A stretch of 62,944 nt of DNA, the filler included, from Lenisia limosa (taxonomy: Eukaryota > Protista > Breviatea), in assembly GCA_001655205.1 (NCBI GenBank). It is 11 parts of 11 records of this genome, joined end to end, with 100 filler letters (N's around TTAATTAATTAA, not from the genome) between each part and the next. Parts side by side here need not be neighbours in the genome. Positions count along the whole stretch, not along the records: positions 35,032 to 41,049 come from LPNZ01011465.1; positions 41,150 to 42,786 come from LPNZ01002277.1; positions 42,887 to 47,850 come from LPNZ01000294.1; 8 more parts are not named here. One strand, written 5' to 3'. The notes below the pieces were generated by a model. The model did no database searches. It had not been told where the DNA came from and was given only the letters and a program-made list of their open reading frames with translations. The position numbers and the translations under genes were made by a program. Shown piece after piece: positions 35,275 to 47,712 of the stretch (its first letter is position 1; each line of letters opens with the position of its first letter).

Positions 35275-38179
35275 TTGGGAAAGAGAAACGTAGGNNNNNN
35301 NNNNNNNNNNNNNNNNNNNNNNNNNNNNNNNNNNNNNNNNNNNNNNNNNNNNNNNNNNNNNNNNNNNNNNNNNNNNNNNNNNNNNNNNNNNNNNCCCGCC
35401 TATTTCCATTAGAATCAGCAGTTGATAATATATTATATTATGGTGATTAAGTGATGGCAAGAATTCAATTCAGACGAAACGTTGGTGATTGGATGAAAAT
35501 AATAGGGGAGGAGTATAAAAAAATTGCATTTACAGCACAAGTTGTCAATCATATCCCCTCAGGTACCTGATGGAGGCGTCAAATGATTCAATCGCACCAC
35601 AGAGAGATCCAACGGTCACACGCGCGCCTATTGTGGCGTAAATATTGTAATATCATAGGTGGGTGGGTGGGGGAATTAGTTTTTCTTGTGACTGTTTTAT
35701 ACCGGTCTCATATCAATACCTTATATTCTAGATACCCACCCCCTCACCATCGTTCTTCCAGGCCAATGCAGTGACAGAGTACATGTTATCAATGTCCTTG
35801 GTACTGCCCTCCTCCCACCCCCCTCTCCGTGGAATGTAATTGAAGATACGCAGTCTAGAGTGGTTAGTCGTGGATGTGACCTGGTAAATTGCAGTCAAAG
35901 TAATCATATGGTGAAGGCGTTTATTTTTATGGATGAGAAATAAAACTATTGTGTTACTTTTGAAAAATACAAAATGAATACCCGCCCAGGCTTACTTGTT
36001 ATAAGATCCCACGATCACACTCTGTCCAGCTGGGTTGACACACATACAGGAGAACTCCTTATCCCGCGAATCATGCATGTATTCTGGGGAGGGGGTAACG
36101 TCAGCAATATTAGCAAAACATTGTTGAAAGAGGTGCTAATGGCAATAACAACTGTATTTTTTAATGAATTTTGAGAATATTAATGGGGTGCAAACTGGTT
36201 TAAATTTTTGTAAAAAAAGAACCAAAGTATTGTAGTGTGGTTTGAATAAATACAAAAAAAATGATATTTAAAAACAATTGGTAAAAGCTGGAAATATATT
36301 CGTACTATGATGAAGAATAATACTGTCGTACTCTGATCTGATTTCCGTGCTAATGAGTGAGTACTTTTGAGAGATGTCCCGGGAATTCTATAACAGTTGT
36401 CTTTGTCTTCTCACCAAATCTCTGTTTCATTGCGCCATCCTCGCCATAAAAGGCGACCNNNNNNNNNNNNNNNNNNNNNNNNNNNNNNNNNNNNNNNNGC
36501 TCCGGCCACTGCGATGCTCTCGCCCCAAGCCACTCCGACTACTGATGACGAGTGTACACACACCTGGTCCTGGGGGGGAGGGGGGGTTACACTCTGGAGG
36601 TAGAGATGAATAATGGAAACTTATGAAGCACAATGATAATATACACTCTGAGTAAATTGAAGGAAACATTAAGATTATTCATTAGCACATTCAAAAACTA
36701 CATAATCTCTATAGATCAAGAGACCAGTAATTGAGGAATGGTGGGGAAGCAGTGAACCTACCTGAGCTGGGGGGAGAACCCCATCAGAGAAGATGTACTT
36801 TTGAACTCCACCGCCTCTGTGTCCTAATACCGTAAACCGAGTTAATATGCTTCTGGTGCTCAATAGTGGAATTCATTATACCTTGTATCGCCTTGCAGTG
36901 TGTCACCCTTACCCCTCCCCCCACCGGACACGATGCCATTGCCGTCCGGGGAGACAGCCATTGAAGTGACCATCCCGGTGGCCTGGTAGAGAGTGCTGAG
37001 TTTGTTGGTGGCAATGTTGCCGACTTTGACCTGATGTTGTCAGGGCGGCGGGTAATCAGCGAAATACACACCCAAAATAATTTCGGCTGGCTGACTATCA
37101 TAGGGCGTGGGTGTTGATATCATAACCACTGAAGTATATTCACTTTGCTTTCAATTTCCACCAAGAAGTACTGGGTACGCGGATACCTTTCCATCGGCGA
37201 GGCCGAAAACGACCTCGTTGGGCCTGGAATGGGGCCACACGACACATGTCACGGGGGACTGCTGGAGGTATTTGTGGCGAATTGCTTTCTTTTCACCCCA
37301 CTCCGTACCTGGGAGGGGGGGGGGGNNNNNNNNNNNNNNNNNNNNNNNNNNNNNNNNNNNNNNNNNNNNNNNNNNNNNTGCGGAAAATTTGAAAAAAAAC
37401 TTCACCCAAGACTTTCACATAAGTTTAACAAAACAAAACAAGGGAATAGCTTTCACAGTACCACATATTCCAAAAAAAAAGACAAGGAAACCTGACACAC
37501 CGGCCAATCATGGAACACAAGCAAAAAACCTCAGCGATCAGCAACCTTGAGGGAATATCGCAAATGCAATTCCACCAACATTTCGCAGTATGAGAGAAAG
37601 AAATGAATTCTTGGTTGACCAGGGCTAAAGAATAGAGTGCACCCTTATTACAGATTAACCCTTATAATAGAAACCCGCACGTTCTCACGAATTAAGAAGA
37701 TAAAAAAACTTAAGAACCTTTGATTCCTCCAATATTTGAGAACGCAACAAGATCATTAAGCCAACAATAACAACACCCCTCAAACCAAGCTTGTAGACAA
37801 AGACGATGTTATCTGATTGTGCGACCGCGAGACGCTGACCATCCGGCGAGAAGGCCAGGCCAGTGACTCGGTAGGTTTTAGGGCCCTGTTGGCGGTAAGA
37901 GAGGAAGCATATAATGGCATTTCCGAGGTCAAAACATCCTTTTCTCACTTTGTCTGCGGGTTTGGTGTAGAATTTGTCCTTGGGCTCTCCGTTCTCATCA
38001 AAGAGTCTGATCACTCTGTCAACTGTGCACGCTGCAAACCTCAGATTATTCGGTGCCCATGCCATTGCAGTGACCTAAGAGGTGAAGAAAGACACCAAAG
38101 GCCTTGGTTTAGTCAGAGCAGTTACCTTATTGGGCCCATCTGAGGGACTGTGCATCGTTTTAAGATGTTGTATATGCAT
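35275..38179 (-). CDS. IFT172: Intraflagellar transport protein 172, N-terminal WD40 region (about 11 exons; 3' part beyond the scaffold end)
   Basis: Collinear exons [119 protein letters not shown]...VFGLADGK-...[28 protein letters not shown]...TYVSLSQ all match IFT172. Confidence 0.95.
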
Positions 38180-38869
38180 ACTACTACTTGACATACCGCC
38201 AATCATGCGGCTTAGAGTATTTGATTTGCTGGCGAAAAACCAACTATTTGTTTTGTTCTAGGATCCCCGAGAAATTTGTCTGTGGACTGTCACTGTGTGG
38301 GCTGTGTGTTAGATCCACAGATCTCTGCCCTGTGTTTTCGCATTCATTCATGTTCATTCTCCCTTGATTCTCCCCTCAGTTCTCCCTCTTCTTCTCTTAT
38401 AAACCCAGTGGTCTATTTTAAGCTAGAAACATTATCATTCAACACCAGTCTCCCCTTGCTAGATAGTTGTTGACCCCCCCCCCCCANNNNNNNNNNNNNN
38501 NNNNNNNNNNNNNNNNNNNNNNNNNNNNNNNNNNNNNNNNNNNNNNNNNNNNNNNNNNNNNNNNNNNNNNNNNNNNNNNNNNNNNNNNNNNNNNNNNNAC
38601 TTAGCTTAAATAATTGTGAGAATGGGAATGGGTATCTGTTTTTATTTTGATGAACAACCCCTTGGTCACATGATTATCTAACGTGAGGACTGTATGGCAA
38701 AAGGGGGTGCTTCCAGTTATCATTGTTGTTGGAAAATTCCAAAAATCTAAAGACCGTAAAGAGGTAGGATTACATTGTTTTAAAAAACACACATGAAATA
38801 TACATTGTACGGCGTCAGAAACAGATATTCTATTCAAGACCTCCTTTACCAAACTCAATGACCTCCAAG

Positions 38870-40840
38870 ATGGCCGACCCCACCGCTATTCTCAAACTCT
38901 CGGCGGCAGGGTCTTCGGAGTCTCTTTTGCTGTCATCGCTCACACCGAATCGCCTGAGGTCGCGAAGCCTCTCGTAAGTTCCTGGGCTTGTTAATGCTCA
39001 GTACCATTGGATTACTTCTGAAGTCTAAAGCCTCTCGAAATTTCCATCTAAACCTGGGGCTGTATTAGGCTTTTGTGATTTCAGTTTTGCACAAGGGCAA
39101 GGTTTCTCTATTACTTAGCGATTTTTATTGGAACCAAAGAACTCTTTACCATCACTGTCATATTTTTTAAGTTCAGTTCTTGATGTATGATAGCTATCAT
39201 CTGTATCAACTGACAGAAGAAGGCATGCCGTATATACAATATTCACCAATTGCTTGCTTCAGTGATGTTTTATTGATTCAGTTACCACCGTTCAACCCCT
39301 GCCCTCCTAGCCTCCAATCATGCTGCGCCTATTCCTAAAGTATGATTCTTGGGCAGTTTATGATAAAGGCTTTCTTTTTTATTTTTGAGATTGCCTTTAA
39401 TTATTGCTTACCACCTAGCTCAAAGACACCCCATCACCTTACCGGTATGGTTCGCCAAGATGTTGCATCATTCTTCCGGTGAAAATATCTGTTTCCGTGC
39501 TGGAGTACAGTATCCCATCTACTCGTTATCATTGACTGAAAAGTCTCAATGACAATCATTAACTCTGGATAAATCGTTGTGTTTTCTTGTTTATCAGACA
39601 AATACTAGAGCATAAATGTATTAGGATGTTGGGATATATTGGCTTTACTGCTTATAATGTTAACAATAATCTGATTGTGGATATGACTCTTCCAATATCA
39701 TTTAAATTTGTTTACCTGTAGATAGTCGTATACCCGATATTAATGTGATATTATCAACTTAATTTGATTTGAGTCAATGTGGTGATAAGCCATAATCACA
39801 ATAATCACCGTGTATAGTTTCCAAGACACTCCAACAAATCACTCCTCCTCTATCCAAAGGTAAAAGGGTGCAATATTTCCTTGATTTTAAATCATTTCCA
39901 ATCAATATAATATGATGTAGCATACTACCATCTGTTGTATCCCTGAAACTTATTTTGTCGTTGTTTACCAAAAAATCAATTGCCTCTACATTGTCACAGT
40001 TTTCTCATTCAGGGAATAACTGATGTAGCTGAGAATTAACCTAATTCCACTGTTCATACCTTCCTGTGTCTCCAATCTTGCAAAAGAGTTGCTTTTGGGA
40101 GTGGATGATATACTACTTATTTTTCCTTATCCCCCAGTCCGCGCAGCTCCAACCATCCCGCCTCCNNNNNNNNNNNNNNNNNNNNNNNNNNNNNNNNNNN
40201 NNNNNNNNNNNNNNNNNNNNNNNNNNNNNNNNCCCAACGCCTCTTCTCAACACCCCCACACTCGCCCCGTGACATACCGGCCTACTCATCTGAGCCTCTT
40301 GTCTCGCCGGGCCGGCTTAATGGCCCACAGTCGCCGCAGAGGGACTGGCTCAAAACACAGCAGTTGGTTTCCGAGGTGAATGGGTATTATTTGGAGGGGT
40401 GTTAGTGAATTTTTCGAAAGCAATCGATATTTTACCGGGTTTTGTCGAACCGAAGTGAAGCCCTAGGTGTTGGAGGTACATGGTTGTTTAGCCGGAGGGA
40501 AACGGAGAAGATATAAGCAACCGAATTGAAACAAATAATACAAAAAATGAAGTTACCACGCCGGGCAAATGTTAACATTGCGTGAATTTCTATTTTGTTG
40601 AAGTGTGGAAGTAGGGCTTCACTTCGGTTCAAAAAAAAGACTGAATGTGTCGATAATCCTCAAAAACTATCGATATTTTCCCGAGTTTTGTGAATTGTAG
40701 CCCTATGTGGAAGATATGAGCTAATAATGCAGTTAAAACGAGAGCTACAACTGTCAATCAGCCGGAACCAGGCAACAGAGGCTGAAGCATATCGACTCAG
40801 CTGTGACTTAAAGACTGCCCAGAATGAGCTGGCTGAAAAG
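38870..40840 (+). CDS. Multi-exon gene with a coiled-coil exon, divergent from IFT172 (partial)
   Basis: ATG in CAAGATGG context, first exon ending at GTAAGT; later exons DIPAYSSEPLVSPGRLNGPQSPQRDWLKTQQLVSE and LKRELQLSISRNQATEAEAYRLSCDLKTAQNELAEK. Confidence 0.5.
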
Positions 40841-43561
40841 GTGTGATGACAATACTTGACTCTGTTCTAGTTTTTGCGAGTGTCGAACCCTATAATCTCT
40901 TATGCATCTGTATTCGGCTCACTTAAACAGCGTATGCTGTAATATGTAAACCATTTTCAAAACTCTGCTGTGAGCAAAAAACAATTATGTTTTTTTTTCT
41001 TTGCCTTTGTTTTCACTGTCAATTTAGAACGACCTTATTAATGAATCAANNNNNNNNNNNNNNNNNNNNNNNNNNNNNNNNNNNNNNNNNNNNTTAATTA
41101 ATTAANNNNNNNNNNNNNNNNNNNNNNNNNNNNNNNNNNNNNNNNNNNNGTCTGTTTCTCCGGCCAGTACTTAAAAAGAGAATCATGAGGACAGCGCTAA
41201 CCTGGGCAAGCAGCTTGATGAGCACGATCATACATATATATATAGTATATTTATTGTTATTTTTTGATTTCTATTCTATCAGCGTGATGGCGTGGACGGC
41301 TTCGGCCGGATACAACCTGGTTTTATTTCTCCTCTCACTCTCTATATTTATACCAGTGTGTGTGAAAATTCACAATACAGGGTTAGTTATGTAGTTTCAG
41401 GTTCTGAATGTTGTCCAGCACTATGACTGTCTCATAATAATCATCTATTAATTTTGTTTGGTTGGTTTTTTTGTTTTATTAATTTCCAATTTTACTCCCC
41501 CAGGCCGCCCAGCCCCACGCAGACGTAAAACAGCCACGTCATCACGCCCCCCCGCCGTTGTCAATGCTCGCAGGGATACTGGTGGGTTAATCTTCACTCC
41601 AGCCATAACCGGGAAGAACCGGTCAATTTTCCGGTTTTTGGTTCTCAGTTTGTGTAATTAGACGTGGATTTGGGAGTGGAGAGATTGTATTGATTGGAGT
41701 TGTATCACTAAATACTATATTAATATCGATAAATCCTCTATAAATACTCATAAATCTTCGATCAAGCTCGAATAATCCTTGTCAATTGAAACTTCGGTAA
41801 GCATCAATAAATCATTTAACGGGTCCCAGGTACCCCGGAGCCCCGTCAAAAACCAGGCCAACCAGGGCCTTCAATGATGTCCGAGCTGAGTATGGTATGT
41901 TGGATTGTTCTAAATATGGTAGCTAACATAGTTGAATTTGGATTTAGTTTCATATATTTTTCATTGGACTTTTTTTGGTTTATTTTGTTTTTAATCTATC
42001 TTCGTCTGTTCTGTCAACAGAGTTGATTTTAGGCTTTATTGTTTATTTCATAAATAGTTTTCCCATTTTCCTCCAGTGTTTTGTTTCTCTCTTTTGTGTT
42101 ACATAAAAAGTTTACCCCCCCCCCCCAACAGGTATTTGCGCGTAGAGAAGAAAACCAATCGATTAGAAACGAAAAAACCGCCAAACGACAAAACTCGTAC
42201 AAACACCTTAAAGAAGCTCAGGATAGGGTTGCTGTGGGGGGGATGGTTAAAAATGGAAATGTTGGGAGAGAGGGTGAAATCTTCGGATATTTAAAAGAGA
42301 CTTTATCTTAATGATCCTAGTTTCAATAGAGACTTTACTGTTAATTCAACTGCCGAACTACCCTTGTTTTTCTTACCCCATTTTATTCAGACCTTTTTTA
42401 TACTTTTTGGTTTAGACCTTATATTTTCTGATCTTTTAGGCTCGGAAAGAGGCAATTGAATACGGACCGGGTCCTTCGGAAGACGATTTATCCGAGCCGG
42501 ACTCTATCGGAACCAATTCGGAAATTGATCGGCTCGATAATCCGAACCTTGATGAGGGCGGGCTGAGTGACGTGTCAAGTGGTGAGCCGACTTGCCTTAT
42601 ATGGAGGTTTTATATTTGTTATTTCCTACCTTTGGAAGTTGTCTCTTTGTCATTTCAACATATTTATTAGACGTTCTATGACATAATATCTCTAGTTTTC
42701 CCCTTTTTCTTACCTTTTATAGAAATGTCCCCTTCTGATGAGCCTCTGGTTAAACCTTCAAGTAATCTTGGGATCACACTCCCCTCNNNNNNNNNNNNNN
42801 NNNNNNNNNNNNNNNNNNNNNNNNNNNNNNTTAATTAATTAANNNNNNNNNNNNNNNNNNNNNNNNNNNNNNNNNNNNNNNNNNNNAGAGCATTGCTACA
42901 CATTCTGCAAATCATTGGACTGAAGTATTGTTGGAAAATCGGAAGAGAAATGGCAAGAATCAAGAAATCTAATGTCGAAGAAAAGAAGAGAAACATGCAG
43001 AAGCAAGAAAAGGTTTTTAAATATTGTGCAAAATTGGAATGACTTTTCCAGGAAAGGGGAAGGCCAAGACTTCGAAAAAGCGCCCTGTGAAGAAAAATAG
43101 GAAATAGAAGTTTGTCATTTAGTTTTATGTCTTACTTTTAGAAGAAAATCTCATTCTGAGTGTCTACATTTTTCGATTGCTTTTATGAGCTTTGATGTTT
43201 GTAATATTAGAACCTTTCTGAAAAATACAGCTTGTGATGTTTTATACACTGAGAGTTACTGCTTTCCCCTTCGCAACATTTTTTATTGAATTAGTGTTTT
43301 TTTGAAGAAAATAAAAAAAAGTGGACACGGTCATGTCCCCCCACCTAGTATTATTTAAACATGAAAATTTACTTATCAGGTGGAACAAGGAGTTGGAGTG
43401 TTTGTAGACTGGGAAGCCTATATATCCAACCCAGCAGTCATCATCACACTCTTCCAGGTGTGTGTCGTTATTTAATATCTATAAACTACAGTGACCGTGA
43501 TAAGTTCTGATACCGATAGGAATATTGTCAATCATGTCAGGTCTTATCGTTGATTTTTGTA

Positions 43562-43639
43562 CAGTGACCGCGAGAAGTCTTCATAGATTTCACTTGGAAA
43601 ATAACATATCAAATCGGTCAAGACTTATCCCAGTCACTG
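43562..43639. mobile_element. Family D MITE
   Basis: TA-CAGTGACCGCGAGAAGTCTT...GGTCAAGACTTATCCCAGTCACTG-TA, with a second left arm at 43489. Confidence 0.7.
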
Positions 43640-44403
43640 TATATCATATCATATTGAAATTACAACAACATAAATTGGTGTATATCTTGCTCTTAGAAAT
43701 CATTTTTATAGCTTGTATTTGTGATCTTGTTTGTCATTATTGTGGTCTACATTCTATTCAAAACCGGACGACAAGGACCGATGATTGTCTACCACCTTCA
43801 GGTCTGGGGTTGCGAGTGTCCATTAGAAGTCAAATTCAATCTTCATTTTGGGTGATAGATTTTCATATTTTTTAACTGTTACCTTTCATTCTTATTGACT
43901 GACAACAGTTTTTACACACTTGCATGTGCATTGATATCTTTACGATTATGATATAACCTCCTCAATTGTACCATTTCACTATTATCTCAAAATATTTTCG
44001 ATGGGCATTTCTACTTTTTCACATTACTAACAATATTTATATTGTCAATATTCACAACATTATCCCTACTCGTACACACACTCACACATTTTAACGTTAT
44101 AATCTTGTCACATGGTAACAACACTACATTATCCATTCTGCAATTAACGTCTTCCGAAACCACCTCCTCAATTTTGAAATTTTACATTTCTTAATTTTGA
44201 GGTCACCATTACGAATTTTTAATTACTCTTAGGACACTGTGCAATTAATAATTGACAAAATTTGAAATTAAAGTGGCTGAAATGGGGTTCACATGACAAT
44301 ACGTCTTACTTCAAATTCGGCAATTAATTTTTCAATTAATTGCACGGAGCCATAATTACTCCACTTAGCAAATATATACAAAACATTAACACCAATCACC
44401 CTT

Positions 44404-46006
44404 CACTACGGCGCATCGAGTTGGGATTCTTATGAAAAGGTTGGAATTCTCATATTTTTCAAGGAAATTCTTTGAAATTTTATGTTTATGGTAATATCGA
44501 AGAAAATTATGGGATTCCTAAATAATACAACGAAATTCCAAGTCGATGCGCCGCAGTGTAGTTATGAGGCTGAATAATTTCAGACGATTTATTTTAATAT
44601 ATTAAAAGAAAAGCACGGAATCGTCGGTTCGTGAAATATATAAGGGAATCCCCACTCGATGCGCCGCAGTGTATTGTCAGAGGATAATTCACACATTCCC
44701 CCAGATATACCCATTCACACTATCACAATAGTGCATGATTGAAAGTCTTCTAAAATTCTTGATTTTGAAATGTTTAATATCTCAATCTCATTTCCTTAAT
44801 ATTTTTAATTTTGACCTTTTCAGAGAAGACGCTTTGTCTTCACCAAACTCGGAATGTTTCGAGCAAACAGCCTTTGGATCTGCATTGTTGTCATCGCCCT
44901 GACTTACATCGTGTTGCTCATCCCCATTTCAAGCACATTGACCGCCGAGGGCTGTGCCGGGAGAGAGGTGGGAATATGACTGACACCATTTTTGATTCGG
45001 ATTTAAAAGAACTGTCCACTACATCGCATCGAATTGGGGTTTTGAATTCCCGTATTTTTAAATGAAATCCCATGAAATTGTATGGTGATTCAAAGAAATT
45101 TATGGGGATCCCAAATAAATCTCAAGTCGATGCGCAGCAGTTTCCGAAATACATACTATGTACAAGATGTAAGTGACGATATTCAGGTAAAGTACACTGT
45201 TCAGCATAGGCTGGTTCTTTCTGTCGCCCAAGGTCTGATTTGGGCTTTTTGAAGATAAACCAAAAATAAGTTATTCACAGAAGTCTCACAAGAATAACAC
45301 CCTCAGACTCATATTCAGCACTTGTTAAACTCAACACTTCTTTTAAACTTTTAACAAACAGGTACCATGATAATCTTTGCTTTTTAACTAACACAAGGCA
45401 CCATCATTATCCTTGCTTTGATTGCGATCAAAGTTCAACCAATGGAAACACACCACTTCAGCTTCTTCGATATCCACAAGTACGTGAACATCTTCTCAAT
45501 CGCAAGAGTATTTATAATCGATATGTGTCATTATTTATACACCCCTCTCCTCAACCAGGGCTTCACTTAGGTCCGAAAAAGACTGGTAAAATAGCGATAT
45601 TTTTCAAGGATAAATGGAGACATTCAGTTTTTTTCGAACCTAAGTGAAGCATTAACAGTAGTACATAAACTTCACAACCCCAGAAGCATAGTCAATGACG
45701 CAAGCTGAGCGAAATCATTCGAAAATAATTTCGGATATTTACACTCAAGGTACGCGGTTGCAAGAGACACTATCAGTTACGCTGAAATGGTGGAGTTTGA
45801 GCCAATTCTTGTTGATGATGGTTTGCGGGTGGATAAAAGGAACGACCTTTCTAATACCCCATCACGGCGCATCAACTTGGAATTCCCTTGTATCATCAGA
45901 GGAATCTCATAATTTCTTCAAATTACTAGAACTTTTCATGGAATTTCCATTCAAAATTGGGATCTCCAACGTTTTTACAAGACTCCCTAGTCGATGCGCC
46001 ATAGTG
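44404..46006. mobile_element. Cluster of family C MITEs (125-155 bp): 44404-44558, right arm ending 44671, 45017-45142, 45860-46006
   Basis: TIRs CACTACGGCGCATCGA...TCGATGCGCCGCAGTG/ATAGTG with AT-rich interiors. Confidence 0.75.
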
Positions 46007-46690
46007 CCATAATGTTCCTCAGAATAGCTCTCCACATCAAAACAATTACTCATATCCATAACATTAGTCATAACATATGTAATAGTAAATATTTCGTCCA
46101 ATTATTGTGTTAAACCATATCTATGAGTGATATGATCATCTGACAAATTTTTGAATCGAAATGAGAAACATATCACTGAGTGGATAATGGTAGTGTAGTG
46201 TGTAAAAATGAACCAAAAAATTGATATGACAGTTCACACGTGTGTACATTAACCAAAAAGTGATAATATCTAGAGCTTCACTTTGTTTCTATAAAGACTG
46301 GTGAAATATCGATATTTAATGATAATTCAGTCTTTTTTTCAAACCGAAGTGAAGCCATAATGATATCCATAACATTCCAGCGATTGAGCAGTTTGACAAA
46401 TTCATCCTGGGGCTGGAGGAGGGTTCAACAGTTGAACAGCTGTCACCAATTACAACGGGAGAGCAGAGTGAAGACAGAGTTGAAAGCGTCAAGGCTGAGG
46501 TTCGTTCAGTATTCGGCAAGTTCCATATTAGGCATATTAGGAGACTGTATTACCATGTTAGGAAGGTGATGCGCCAAAACAAGCCACTCCAATGCCCACA
46601 CCAACTACTCCCGCTCAAACCGTTTTCTATTCCCCAGTTGTATGATGGATATTCGATAGTACTTTATATGATGATATGATGTACCATGAA

Positions 46691-46787
46691 GGCTTAACTT
46701 CAGTTCGAAAAAGACCAGTACAATATCGATAGTTTTCGAGGATTTATAGAGAAATTTTCACTCTGTTTTCGAACCGTAGTGAAGCCC
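46691..46787. mobile_element. Family A MITE, subtype 1
   Basis: GGCTTAACTTCAGTTCGAAAAAGAC...TTTTCGAACCGTAGTGAAGCCC-TA. Confidence 0.75.
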
Positions 46788-47590
46788 TATGTACAATATA
46801 TACGAGTGATGTCATTTTACAACCATATCCACTCCTCGAGTGACACGATTAGAAAACCAACTTTTGAGAAACGGATTAATTTTGAGTATCAGAGAGTTTC
46901 AAGACCCCATTCTTCACCCTTTCACTACCACATTCTTCACCCTTCTAGCCGGATCGTAAGACTCCCGACTCCGACAAATCCAAACCTGACAAAAAGAAGA
47001 AAACTTAGTTGTGTACTACCCTTGATGTTGTGTTTTAGAGATAGTGAACTTAGCCCTGTTTGATTCAATTACTCATCCAATATGTTTTTTTTACAGAAAT
47101 CTAGAAATTAGTTCAATTGTTTAAAGCTGGTAAATTCAAATTTGATTGAAATAGAAAAATCAACTCATTTCTTGGGAAATGATCACGAATGTACTTTGGG
47201 ATTTTCAAGGGGTTAAACAATCCGAATAGTTGTTCAAATCAAGAACACCTGATTAGTGATCTTGACTAAATTGGGAATTCACTACAGTCCCAAAAAGACT
47301 GAATTTCTTGATAAATCCTCGTTAAATATCGATATACTGGTCTTTTTCGAATCCAATATCTCATCCAACTCATACAACCGGCTTCGGTCAGATACTATCT
47401 TGTATTATTTCTCATCTCTCTAATATGCATGTATGATCTCACTGTATACATGTATATAATACGCATGTAAAGATATATTATACCTCCCCCCTCCAACTCA
47501 CAAGAAATCTATAAAAAAAAAAATCCATAAAACTAGAGAAAGTATAATACAAAAGCACACCCATTGTCGAAGCAAGAAGGCGATCAGAGA

Positions 47591-47712
47591 TCACTGGACA
47601 AGGTGCGAGAATTCCTCAGGCTTGGAGGCGCCGGTACTGAGAGAAGAGTGTTGGAGAGTCCAGTCCTTCGCCTCCTTCCAGGCACGGTAGATGAGAAGAC
47701 GACGCACGACTC
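47591..47712 (-). CDS. Terminal exon of an unidentified gene, preceded by a family B repeat
   Basis: CCCCCTCAG|GVVRRLLIYRAWKEAKDWTLQHSSLSTGASKPEEFSHLVQ*. Confidence 0.5.
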
